This document shows, one piece after another, positions 50,821 to 63,350 of a stretch of DNA of 64,000 bases. The DNA comes from Octopus vulgaris (taxonomy: Eukaryota). Location of the stretch: the NCBI GenBank assembly GCA_951406725.2, contig OX597817.1, positions 26,970,001 through 27,034,000 of the forward strand, read 5' to 3'. How positions within the stretch are numbered: the first letter of the stretch is position 1; the number at the start of each line of letters is the position of its first letter. The position numbers and the translations under genes were made by a program. A model generated the notes under the pieces. That model worked only from the letters and a program-made list of their open reading frames with translations. It made no database searches and had not been told where the DNA came from.

Positions 50821-51106
50821 TATCTGTTTCAATGCACGATTTTAGATCAAGAACCTTGCAAAACGAATTGATAAAAGATAATATATTTATTTCATAGAAA
50901 TTCCAGCCAATCTCTGCTACATTTATAGATATAGTCAAAGCATCAGTAGAAGAATTTCCAATCTACTGGCAGACAGAGAGATAACATTATAAGAAGATAT
51001 CTCACTTTAATAAGGTACTGACAAGAATTGACTTTACATGAATCGAACTAATCAAATGAGAGCCTAATCATTTTTACCTAGATGCTGTCTTTAAATAAAT
51101 TCTTTT

Positions 51107-51337
51107 AAATCTGTTACTGTGCATATAGGTGCATATTTGCATCTATGAAGCTTTATGCTATGTAAAGCTTAATCAGCCTCTTATTAAAAACTTAAATTCT
51201 AATGACATATTCCTCAGTATGTGTGTGTATATTCTTAAACTCCTGACAAAACTGTGGGGGTACTGTCATGATATATTGTGTGTTTTGAGCAGTTTAAGAG
51301 TAGAAGGGCCTGCTCTTCTTGTCTAACACAGCTGATA

Positions 51338-51382
<45 letters not shown>

Positions 51383-51911
51383 GAGAGAGAGAGAGAGAGA
51401 AAGAAAGAGAGAAAGAGAGAGAGAAAGTAAAATAATCAATGTTCCATTGGACTGGCACCTTATTTATTGACCCTGAAATGGTAAAATGTAAAGTTCATCT
51501 TGATAAAATTTTGCATTTAGTGCAGAGATATTCTGAAAGCCTTTTACAATATTCATTCAGAATATCTCTGCCCTGAATGCAAAATTTTATCAAGATGAAC
51601 TTTACATTTTACCATTTCAGGGTCAATAAATAAGGTGCCAGTCCAATGGAACATTGATTATTTTACTTTCTCTCTCTCTCTCCCTCTCAGATATCAACTG
51701 TGTTAGGCCCTTCTACTCTTAAACTGCTCAAGACACACTATATATCATGACAGTACCCCCACAGTTATGTCAGGAGTTTAAAAACACACACACACGTACT
51801 GAGGAATATACGCCATTAGAATTTAAGTTTTTAATAAAAGGCTGACTAAGCTTCACATAGCATAAAGCTTCATAGATGCAAATATGCACCTATATACACA
51901 GTAACAGATTT
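51107..51911. repeat. Long inverted duplication of local sequence (arms 51107-51537 and 51556-51911)
   Basis: Base-by-base complementarity, 18-nt loop, one 13-bp indel and different (GA)n length. Confidence 0.95.
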
Positions 51912-52345
51912 CCTAAGAAGTATTAAATATCACAAACTCTTTGATAAACGTAACATCAAGGTTAGCATCTCATGTTTACAATAACATTGCACAACACAAC
52001 TGAAACAAGTATGCACCCGCACACTCTTTATCCCATACACAAACATGTAACAGGTAGGATCTTGCCTCTCAAAGGTTGTAGTCTATAGCACACCCTCATG
52101 CCTTCCAGTAGCATCATGAGACACTACACATGTGGAGATAACAATCGATGGTTTCAAGGGAAGATTTACACAATGTATGCAATTCTTCAGGAGTGGGGAA
52201 AACTTCAATTCCCTGTATTGTTTCATTTGGAAACTCTGGAACAACTTTCTCAATATCATATGGAGCTTCCATGACAGTGCTCCACATAACTCACATGGGG
52301 TTCATAATTGCCAATTCTGCTTCCATAAGAAACTACAAATATTGT

Positions 52346-52694
52346 TTTCTACTCTAGGCACAAGGCACAAAATTTTTGGGGATTGATTAGATTGTGCCAG
52401 TATGCAGCTGGTACTTAATTTATCGACCCTAAAAGTTGACTTGAGCAGAATTTAAAATACCTATTTTTTTTACTACCCACAAGGGGCTAAACACAGAGGG
52501 GACAAACAAGGACAAACAAATGGATTAAGTTGATTATATCGACCCGAGTGTGTAACTAGTACTTATTTAATTGACCTCAAAAGGATGAAAGGCAAAGTCG
52601 ACCTCGGCGGAATTTGAACTTAGAATGTAGTGGCAGACTAAATACCGCTAAGCATTTCACCCAGCATGCAAACGTTTCTGCCAGCTTGCCGCCC
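52346..52694 (-). mobile_element. Chimeric SINE B (young B at 52461-52694 joined to the 3' part of an older B-like copy)
   Basis: Single TSD aagaaactacaaatattgt at 52327-52345 and 52697-52715 flanks both parts. Confidence 0.8.
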
Positions 52695-53382
52695 TGAAGA
52701 AACTACAAATATTGTAGCAGCCTGCAGTATCCATCAATGCCCTAACAATGAATTTCAAACTGATTGATGCTGATAACTCCAAAATAACATTCTGGGACTA
52801 TCTGACTTATGTGGAACTGCAAAGTATATAATCCCTGTTTGCCCTCAGTGAAATTGCTTCCTATTAAGTGTACTGTCACTATAACTATGCAGACATGGTT
52901 GAGACATAAAAATGATGTGTAAAATATTACCATCATATCAGTTATTGCTTTAAAGGGTACCTATCATTGCTGAAAGGTCATACATTACAAAATGCAAACA
53001 ACCGTAAACCATCAGTCTGTTCTAGCATGTGAAGCACGTAATGAAAGAATTGATGTCACTGCTTAGCTGAAATATCCATTTCATTTTAACTATAAAATGC
53101 TAACCCAAATATTCTCATGAAAAATTAATTTTTTAATAATTTTAGTAATTCTCTCTGCTTTGATTTCTTTTTCCTAAGGATTTTGTATCCACCAAACTGT
53201 AATCTAGTTCTGAATCAACCTATTATTAAATATTTAGAAGTCCAAATAAATGTGTTGAGAACTATTTTGTTTTGTTCATCTACCCACATATACATATATA
53301 CACATGTTCATACATATATGCATACATACATACATACATACATACATACATACATACATACATGTGAAATACCCAGCATACC

Positions 53383-53615
53383 TATTTCTCTATTACCCAC
53401 AAGGGGCTAAACATAGAGGGGACAAACAAGGACAGACATAGGTATTAAGTCGATTACATCGACCCCAGTGCGTAACTGGTACTTAATTTATCGACCCCGA
53501 TAGGATGAAAGGCAAAGTCGACCTTGGCGGAATTTGAACTGACAACGTAACGGCAGACGAAATACCGCTAAGCATTTCGCCCGGTGTGCTAACGTTTCTG
53601 CCAGCTCGTCGCCTT
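53383..53615 (-). mobile_element. SINE B
   Basis: TSD acccagcatacc at 53371-53382 and 53620-53631. Confidence 0.9.
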
Positions 53616-53779
53616 CGACACCCAGCATACCAACAAAAGAGCATGCATGGATATGTTTCCCTTAGGAATGAAGAAGACAGTGATATTGATATGAAGTGTA
53701 GCCTCTCTTGAAATGATGATCCTTAGATCTCATCACACTTCAAAGGCTATGCATTTGCAGTCAAGAATGGGAGATTGCT

Positions 53780-54400
53780 ACTAAATACTTAATAAACAAA
53801 AACGACAGTGAAACCCAAGATGCAACTGTAGATTACATCATATTTCTTTTGAAGACATCACTCATCTGATTAGCAGCTATCCAAAAATCTCAAGAGGCTA
53901 CCTCCTTAAGTGGCACAATGTTGTCACAAAGGCGATATGCAATGTGCTGAAATAAATATAGAGAACCCCACTGTTATTGAATATGTACAGAAACATCAAT
54001 ATAAGGAAAACTGTTGAAACATTCCCATAGAGAAATCTGACAAGTGTAAGCCTAACAGGCCAGATATTGTTGCTAGGGTCAGGCAAGTAAAAGTATGTAC
54101 CATCATAGAGGTTACCTGTCCTGTTGATGTGAACATCTCTATGAAAGTCAAAGAGAAAGTAAATAACTACAGACAACTGTTTTGAGGCCATCAACCTTTT
54201 TATGCGGACTATAAATCCATAATTACACTAATAATAATTAGTACATTTGATTTTGTGAGTAAATGCTTAAGTGACAATCTGAATAAGCTAGGGTTTACAG
54301 AAAAAGAAATCAACCAACTAACTTGTACACTACAAATACAATCTGTAAGTGGAACAGTAAAAATATGCAAGACTTTTCTCAAGTTTATAATGTGACATTG
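53780..54400 (+). mobile_element. RLE-type (R4-like) non-LTR retroelement: CCHC remnant plus endonuclease
   Basis: HLISSYPKISRGYLLKWHNVV; CKPNRPDIV; CTIIEVTCPVDVNISMKVKEKVNNY; LGFTEKEINQLTCTLQIQSVSGTVKICKTF. Confidence 0.8.
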
Positions 54401-54776
54401 TTTTCTTTATCCACAGTTTAACATTTTTGCATCTTTGTTAGAAACCAGCTCCTTCCTCAAAGGAAGAATTTTGATACTTATTTTGATACATATATGGTTG
54501 CATGATAAAATGCACCTATTACATACTGTAAAGTGTTTTATTTTAGAACGAGCATCCAACTGGCAGCTAACCCAGATCTCCAAGATTACCCATCCAGCAT
54601 CTGCAATCATGGAAAACAGTTGTAATATGAAGACGATGAGAATGAAGTTGCAAAGGATAATGAGAACATACAATATATATATATGTATCCACGTATATAT
54701 CTATATCCATATATCCATGTAATTTACATGTGTGTATGTCTATTATATATATATCTCCATGTATGTATCTATAAGG

Positions 54777-54819
<43 letters not shown>

Positions 54820-54826
<7 letters not shown>

Positions 54827-54990
54827 GTTTGGGGATGGTCATGTTGCCAGTTTGGCCAATAAAATGCACGCACTATATATTTGTGTTAATTTGCTTCAAC
54901 TTTATTTTTTACATTAATCATATTTCAGCCAGAGTTCTTTCGTCACACTTCTGTGACCTCATCAGTGGTCCTTTGCTTTCTTCTTTCTTA
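54820..54990 (-). mobile_element. Penelope-like pLTR fragment (family of 50416-50820)
   Basis: ttgttgt.tt.gggatggtcat terminus shared with 50416; HHR core present. Confidence 0.65.
54928..54969 (-). ncRNA. Minimal type I hammerhead ribozyme motif with intact core
   Basis: Reverse complement ACCA CUGAUGA G GUCACA-GAAG-UGUGAC GAAA G-AA-C UC^ UGGC. Confidence 0.7.
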
Positions 54991-55014
54991 TTTGTGTGTC
55001 TTTCCTTACTAACA

Positions 55015-55221
55015 ATCAGCCATTTTGTATTATTCACCATAATAGATCAGTAGCAACTACACACATTTTTTCCTCTCCTTGTTTCTTTCTTTGTTCCTTT
55101 CAGTGGAAGAGTGTAGGCTCGAAACGTTAAAGACTTTTTCAGTTCCTGAGCATTATACTAATACACCTGTTTGTTTCCTATACCACCTGTCTTCGGCTTT
55201 TGATTCTTTGTGAATTCTCCC

Positions 55222-55222
<1 letters not shown>
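55015..55222 (+). mobile_element. Penelope-like pLTR fragment with variant HHR-like core
   Basis: cagtgga-a-gagt gtag gctc-gaaacgttaaagac at 55101-55134; homologous to 21081-21297. Confidence 0.6.
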
Positions 55223-55265
<43 letters not shown>

Positions 55266-55270
<5 letters not shown>

Positions 55271-55428
55271 TATATAAAAGGGCTTAGTAAAATAAATTAC
55301 TTTGCCGCATATTTTACTAAGCCCTTTTATATAATGTAATAATTTGAATTCGCCTTAAATGGTCCCTTTGCATACTGAACACTTGGTGAAATTGATTAAT
55401 AATTAATTAATTTTACCCTCAATTGTTG

Positions 55429-55474
<46 letters not shown>

Positions 55475-55521
55475 GAAATTTAGAGGACTGGCAACTAAAG
55501 GTGGTCAGTCCTCTAAATTTT
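55266..55521. repeat. Two short hairpin elements in (TA)n (55266-55338; 55476-55521)
   Basis: tacattatataaaagggcttagtaaaata with its reverse complement; aaatttagaggactg with cagtcctctaaattt. Confidence 0.75.
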
Positions 55522-55608
55522 GTTTGTAAAAAACTTTTTAATCTTCGGATTCCTTTAAAATATGCTAGGCCACTGGTTTTAATTGATTAATATCAATTTC
55601 TACCCTTA

Positions 55609-55645
<37 letters not shown>

Positions 55646-56482
55646 AGAGAGAGTGTAGAAGATTAAACAATAGATTACTTAAGATTCAGCTTTTTAAGTA
55701 AATCTTTTGGAAATTGGGGATTGATTGTTAAAAGCATGAAGCACAAAATAACATTTGAAGAGAATATTTTGGCAGTTTTGGGAATTAAAATATTTATAGA
55801 AGCTGTAAAATTTTATTCTCTGCTTGCTGGAACCTAAATTTGGTTTGAAAAATGTAAACCGTTCATTTAAAACATCATTATTTTGTGCTTCTTACGTTTT
55901 ACAGCTATCCATTCTGTGGTGCTAAAATGCTAGAGGAACTAAGAAGCAAGTTTTTGAGTGCTTTTTGACCATTTTTGATTAAATTTAGATATTAGAAAAC
56001 ACTGATTTTATGGTCTCTAGAACATTTTTTAAAAATTCTGATAAATATTTTATATCTCATTTGATATTTAATTTTTATGCTAATATACTTTATAAATATT
56101 TTATATTTCATTTCTTGAGATAAGTAAAGATAATTTACTAAATATGAACATTAAGAAACTCTATGAAGAAACATTATAAATATAATTTTTTTTACTTATG
56201 ATATATGTAGAGTAAATTTTTTTCTTTTTTTGATTGTCTATCCAACTGGTGTTTTTTCTTCAAATCTCTGATTTGATCTCATCATTGTGATAAAATTCTT
56301 AACTTTATTTTTTATTCATAATCTTATGTCTCAAGCTCCTTTAGCCAATAGTAACAATCCAATACCCAACACCTTTGTAAGAAAAAAAACAAAGAAGTAC
56401 CCTAAATTGTAAGTCTGATTGTGTTGAGCATGGAATCTATAAGCAATAGTTTTATTTTAAATTTCTATCCTTTGGTTTATCC

Positions 56483-56631
56483 TGTGTGGTAAGTAGCCTG
56501 CTTACCAACCACATGGTTCCAGGTTCAGTCCCACTGCATGGCACTTTGGGCAAGTGTCTTCTACTATAGCCTCAGGCCGACCAAAGCCTTGTGAGTGGAT
56601 TTGGTAGATGGAAACTGAAAGAAACCTCTTG

Positions 56632-56663
<32 letters not shown>

Positions 56664-56879
56664 CGTGTTTGTGTGTCTGTGTTTGTCCCCCCAACATCGC
56701 TTGACAACCAATGCTGGTGTGTATACGTCCCGTAACTTAGTGGTTCAGCAAAACAGATTAATAGAATAAGTAGTAGGCTTACAAAGAATAAGTCCTAGGG
56801 TCGATTTGCTCAACTAAAGGCGGTGCTCCAGCATGGCTGCAGTCAAATGACTGAAACAAGTAAAAAAGTAAAGAGAGTA
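56483..56879 (+). mobile_element. SINE A
   Basis: Family consensus. Confidence 0.9.
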
Positions 56880-57148
56880 TTCATCACTGAAAAAGAAAAT
56901 CTAACAGCTTTTCAACTCTGTGTGAGTATATGTGTGTAAGTGTGTGCATGTACATGGGAGCTATGTGAACCAGCATTCTTTCACTAACAAATGATGATCA
57001 ATGTCACATCTCAAAAGACAACCACTAGATAACATTGACAAGTGTATTAACTTTATTTACCATCCATATTCTATCTTTTGGCCTTATTTATATATAAAAT
57101 ACTACAATTAGCCATCATTTTAGATGGCACAGGGACAGCTAGTATACA

Positions 57149-57197
<49 letters not shown>

Positions 57198-57206
57198 AAT
57201 ATTAAA

Positions 57207-57422
57207 TTTCTAAATATCTCATAGAGATATGTACGGTGGTAGGGCGATAGAGTGGTTGTATACTGTCAATTATACAACTTAACATGACAGTAAGGTGGGG
57301 GATTACACCACCGCTGTTTAGCCCTAGACAAGGCTGACAGGAAGCGTTGATGCTTCCTAGGGCTAAACAGTGGTGGTGTAATCCCCCCCCCTTACTGTCA
57401 CATTAAGTTAACAATATACAAC
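57207..57422. mobile_element. Fold-back element, second copy of the 4767-4935 family
   Basis: Shared tttctaaatatctc..agagatatgtacggtggt and gattacaccacc.ctgtttagccctag hairpin. Confidence 0.7.
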
Positions 57423-57423
57423 G

Positions 57424-57478
<55 letters not shown>

Positions 57479-57986
57479 TCTCTCTCTTTATTTTCTCTTC
57501 TTGTTTCTTTCTGTGTTCCTTTCTGTGGAAGAGCATATATATAAGTAGATATTATCAATAATAAAAGGGTAAAATCAATTAATTATTAATTAATTTTACC
57601 AAGTAGTGTTCAGTATGTAAATAAATCTGTTTGTTGTCTACACTACCTGTCTTCATCTTTTGTTGTTGTTTTTTTGTGAATTCTCCTTATTATATATATA
57701 TATATATAATAAGTAGATAAGTAGATAGGTAGATAAAATTCAGGCTATAATTACATATTGATTATATATGCACACACACTCACAGTTTTTCTCCAATTTT
57801 TGCTTAGTTCACTCTCAACAACCTAATCCACACTAGTAAACTTCTATATTTGCATGCCTTTACACACATACACCTCAAAACATTACACATGCCACTCACC
57901 CCTAATGTTATTTCAAAAGATTGAGGCACTCCTATATAAGAACACACACCCCTTCCCCTTTTATCTTTCTGACTTACCATCACCAC

Positions 57987-58400
57987 TCGCATCCCAAAAC
58001 AGCTCTTCTACGGTGAACTCAGCCAGGGAAAACACAAAGTTGGAGGGCAGAAGAAGCGCTTCAAAGACAGTCTCAAAGTCTCTCTCAAGGACTTCTCCAT
58101 CGACACAGAGACTTGGGAGACACTTGCTGCCGACCGCTCATCCTGGCACAGGGCAATCACCACAGGAGCAAAGACAGCCGAGGAGAGACGGATTCAGTCA
58201 GCAGAACAGAAACGCCAGATGCGGAAAGCCAGAGCCACCTGCACCAAAAGCACAGCCCCTACCCACTTCTGTCCCACCTGTATGCCCGGATAGGCCTCAC
58301 CAGCCACTTCCGGTCTCATAGCAGCAATTCCACCAAATGATGTCAATGGTCATCTTCGAACCCGAAGGACGAACATTACATTACATAACATTACATTACA
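57987..58400 (+). mobile_element. Young 5'-truncated RTE LINE (ORF C-terminus, C2H2 remnant, 3' UTR, (ACATT)n tail)
   Basis: RIPKQLFYGELSQGKHKVGGQKKRFKDSLKVSLKDFSIDTETWETLAADRSSW...CPTC...ARIGLTSHFRSH; TSD ttacca(t/c)caccac at 57974-57986 and 58401-58413. Confidence 0.9.
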
Positions 58401-58631
58401 TTACCACCACCACCAGCACAGAACTGCATTCCTGCCTGGGTCTCAAACACTTTTCCTCTTTCACACCCCTCCTTTACTTTATTTTTTCTTCTATTGAAGA
58501 TATTAGCATCTGAAATGTCAAGTCTCTTTACCTTCTTTCTTAAACATTAAACTAATTTAACATTTGTTTAAACCTGTCCAACCAGTATTGTCTTTTTCTT
58601 TGTGTCCACAATTCATTCATGCATACATACA

Positions 58632-59108
58632 TGATGGCCATCCACTCGTGACCGAGGAAGACCATTGCCGACCTTCAAGAACATTGTGCGCTCTAGGACT
58701 AACTTATATTTTGCATTTGCTGCTCCGTTGGTGGCTAATGAGCCTGCTCTTGACAAGCATACACGACTGCAAACATTGCAGACCAAGCTTTCCCCATTCA
58801 CTATACGAGTCGTGCGCTTTCGCGCAGCTCACTTAAGTTCTTCATGCTGGATACGTGCTCTCTCAAAAGTGCCGATCCCCTCCTTAACCTGCTTCCTCCA
58901 TCTGTGGCGATGACAGGCATTGTTCTCCCAGTCAGTGTCCTGCATATCAAAAGCCTTTAATGAGGACTTGACACAGTCCTTAAATCGCAGCCTTGGTTTC
59001 TGCCGGAGTCTCCTTCCATTCACAAGTTCTCCATAGAGCATCTGCTTAGGAATCCTTCTATCCTCCATTCTAATAAGGTGTCCAGTCCAACGCAACCGGT
59101 GCTTGTGT
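58632..59108 (-). mobile_element. 5'-truncated RTE LINE (second family)
   Basis: RLRWTGHLIRMEDRRIPKQMLYGEL...RFKDCVKSSLKAF...WENNA; LVCNVCSRVCLSRAG; inserted in (CATA)n. Confidence 0.9.
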
Positions 59109-59659
59109 ACATACATACATACATACATACATACATACATCATCATTGTCATCATTGTCATTGTCATCATTATCATCATCGTCATCATTTAACAAGCATA
59201 TTCTACACTTAATGGGTTGGACAGTCTGACCAGCTTTGCACATATTTGGGGATTACATCATGATTTGATCTTTGCTTTGACACAGTTGCTATGGATAGAT
59301 GCCCTTCCAAAGTGTCGAAGAGGACATTTTCAGGTAATAATCTACAGACAGATAGCTTTTTAAAGCTAACATATACAGTGACATATTATGATATACAGGG
59401 ATATAGTTTACCTGTTTAAAAACCGAAACACTCATACATATACGTAAACACACACTAACACATACACTGGAATGTACGCATGCATAAGATAGACTCCTGC
59501 ACATTTTCCATTTACCAAATTCCAGTCACAAGACATGGAAAACCTAAGAGTACGTATTAGAAGACACTTGCCTCAGGTGTCATGCAACAGGATCGAATCT
59601 AAAACACATGTTGTGAAACAAATTTCTTAATATACAGCCATAGACACATCTGCTTAAAC

Positions 59660-59775
59660 TATATCTTTATCTATTTATCTATCTATGTTTTTATCTATAT
59701 ACATAGATACATATGCCATGATATACATTTATACACAAATACACATATATACATACATATATATATGTATACACA

Positions 59776-59823
<48 letters not shown>

Positions 59824-59902
59824 TATATATATGCATATTCATATGTTTATATATATATATGAGTGTGTATATACACACACTCATATATATATATGAATAT
59901 GC

Positions 59903-59936
<34 letters not shown>

Positions 59937-59952
59937 TATATATATATGTATG

Positions 59953-60016
<64 letters not shown>

Positions 60017-60106
60017 CACACACACATACATACATATATCCACAAACCCTTGTAAATATATATATACATGTGTGTGGATAAATACACACTTATATACTTA
60101 TATATT

Positions 60107-60159
<53 letters not shown>

Positions 60160-60190
60160 TTATATGTTTACTTACATATTTACATATACA
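59660..60190. repeat. (TA)n/(CA)n low-complexity tract
   Basis: Seen directly. Confidence 0.95.
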
Positions 60191-60620
60191 CACTGATGCA
60201 ACAAACATGCATGTTTGTAAACACGCACTAACACTTATACATATGAATGCTTTCGATTTTTTTTTTTTTGTACACATTTGCTTCTTCACATAACATTTGC
60301 TGTCTTGCCTTTCAGAAATGTTGTACTAATAATATGCAACGCAATGTATTTAGCTTAAAACTAGAAAATGCTGGAAAGAGGAATATAAAAAAAAAATCTG
60401 TTTAATGTTATGTCACAGTATTCATAACATGTTTATCCATGTATACTTACTGCAAATATTTCATAAAACATAATTTCGGAAATGTTGAATTAGGAAGTAA
60501 AAGAAATTTTGTAATGCTATTTTTTTTTTACACCATAAAAATTGAACATGTTTAGAAGTGAATTAACCTTTTCCTTTTCTTTTGGTATTGCTCAGTAACT
60601 ACTACTTTGCTTACTAGATT

Positions 60621-61031
60621 ACTCTCTTTTTACTCTTTTACTCTTTTACTTGTTTCAGTCATTGGACTGCGGCCATGCTGGAGCACCGCCTTTAGTCGAG
60701 CAAATCGACCCCAGGACTTATTCTTTGCAAGCCTAGTGCTTATTCTATCGGTCTCTTTTGCCAAACCGCAAAGTTACGGGGACATAAACACACCACCATC
60801 GGTTGTCAAGCAATGTTGGGCAGGGGAGACAAACACAGACACACACATGCATATATATACATATATATACGACGGGCTTCTTTCAGTTTCCGTCTACTAA
60901 GTCCACTCACAAGGCTTTGGTCGGCCCGAGACTATAGTAGAAGACACTTGCCTAAGGTGCCACACAGTGGGACTGAACCTGGAACCATGTGGTTGGTAAG
61001 CAAGCTACTTACCACACAGCTACTCCTACGC
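60621..61031 (-). mobile_element. SINE A, full length
   Basis: Family consensus. Confidence 0.9.
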
Positions 61032-61054
61032 TTTCACTAACATCTTCACTAACA

Positions 61055-61342
61055 TCTCTTTTGCCGAACTGCTAAGTTATGGGGACATAAACACACCACC
61101 ATCGGTTATCAAGCAATGTTGGGGGGACAAATGCAGACACCCAAACATATACACACACATGCATATATATACATATATACGATGGGCTTCTTTCAGTTTC
61201 CATCTACCAAATCCATTCACAAGGCTTTGGTTGGCCTGAGGCTATAGTAGAAGACACTTGCCCAAGGTGCCATGCAGTGGGACTGAACCCGGAACCATGT
61301 GGTTGGTAAGCAAGCTACTTACCACACAGCCACTCCTACGCC
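61055..61342 (-). mobile_element. SINE A lacking its 3' end (tandem duplicate with flank)
   Basis: Same ttcact(a/t)acatct flank follows both copies. Confidence 0.85.
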
Positions 61343-62002
61343 TTCACTTACATCTTATAGCACTTGTACTTTATCTTGATCATATCAACAATTTAGATGA
61401 CTGAGTTAATCTCACCATGATACAAAAGGCCCAAGTTCTGTTCTTTTACCTTGATATATATATTAGTTATACGTCAGTATATGCAAGTAAGCATCAAGTT
61501 AGATGATGAGATATTTTCCTGTCAAATCAAACCTTCAAGAGATGATGCATGGCTGCAATAACAAACATTTTCAATCCTCAGTTGAATGGGTCCCTACCTG
61601 ATTTGTGGGTAAATAACATTAGAATTTACTCAACTAAGAATCAGAAAGAATTAAGGATGTGTACGTATGTGATCTTCAACAAGAAAATGGGGAAAGGAAT
61701 TAATCAAACATGTGAGTTTGGTTTAGGTATAAACTGTTTGTCTGCCAACAAGAAGATTGATATTCTAATGTGTAGTTTATGCCACATACAAGGAAATTTA
61801 GTTATTTGGGTTTCCCTACTGCTAAGATGCATCATATATTCAGAAATGTAAGCATACGTGTGTATGTGTATATTAACAGCTACACATCTCAAAATGCACT
61901 TTGAGATAAAGACATACGAAATATTTACATTTCTCACTTTGAATCGTATATGAAAAGAATGATTCCTAGTAATATTTCAGATGCAAGAAATATATACACA
62001 TA

Positions 62003-62160
62003 TAGGAGTGGCTGTGTGGTAAGTAGCTTGCTTGCGAACCACATGGTCCAGGGTTCAGTCCCACTGCATGGCATCTTGGGCAAGTGTCTTCTACTATAGC
62101 CTCGGGCCAACTAAAGCCTTGTCAGTGGATATAGTAGACGGAAACTGAAAGAAGCCCATC

Positions 62161-62195
<35 letters not shown>

Positions 62196-62425
62196 GTATG
62201 TATGTGTGTGTGTATGTTTGTGTGTCTGTGTTTGTCCCCCAAACATTGCTTGACAACCGATGTTGGTGTGTTTACGTCTCCGTAATTTAGCGGTTCGGCA
62301 ATAGGGACCAATAGAATAAGTACTAGGCTTACAAAGAATAAGTCCTGGGGTCGATTTGCTTGACTAAAAGCAGTGCTCCAGTATGGCCACAGTCAAGTGA
62401 CTGAAACAAGTAAAAGAGTAAAGAG
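62003..62425 (+). mobile_element. SINE A
   Basis: Family consensus. Confidence 0.9.
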
Positions 62426-62427
62426 TA

Positions 62428-62515
<88 letters not shown>

Positions 62516-62708
62516 AAGAGAGGTGTATGTATATATATGTCTATCGAACATATATATATACATATATATGTACATATATATATATAATGTTAGATCTTTC
62601 TTTCTTTCCTTTCCTGAGTGTTCAATAACACTATACTTGTTCCACGTCCTTGTGTCGTTGTGTTTTGTCTTTGCATTTTCATGTTTGGATTAACTTAACC
62701 ATATATAT

Positions 62709-63112
62709 AGGTGCAGGAGTGGCTGTGTGGTAAGTAGCTTGTTTACCAGCCACATGGTTCCGGGTTCAGTCCCACTGCGTGCCACCTTGGGCAAGTGTCT
62801 TCTACTATAGCCTCAGGCCGACCAAAGCCTTGCGAGTGGATTTGTTAGACGGAAACTGAAAGAAGCCTGTTGTATATATGTATATACATATGCGTGTGTG
62901 TGTTTGTGTGTCTGTATTTGTCCTCCTAGCATTGCTTGACAACCGATGCTGGTGTGTTTATGTCCCCGTTACTTAGCGGTTCGGCAAAAGTGACCGATAA
63001 AATAAGTACTGGGCTTACAAAAGAATAAGTCCCGGGGTCGAGTTGCTCGATTAAATGCGGTGCTCCAGCATGGCTGCAGTCAAATGACTGAAACAAGTAA
63101 AAGAGTAAAAGA
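62709..63112 (+). mobile_element. SINE A, full length
   Basis: Family consensus. Confidence 0.9.
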
Positions 63113-63350
63113 GAAAGAGAGAGTATGTATATATATATATATTGATAAATTTCAGGGTAGTAAAAATTATTTAGAAATTTTTTATTACTAGTGGCTTTGC
63201 ATGTAAAAATACTAGTCAATAGACTATATATTATTCATATAAATACAGTGTACAGTTAAACACATAAGAGATGGCCATAATAGGACATCTAACCTGCTAG
63301 AAGGAGTAGTTGGTAATTTTGAAAGGGAATGAAAAATAAAAATATTTACC

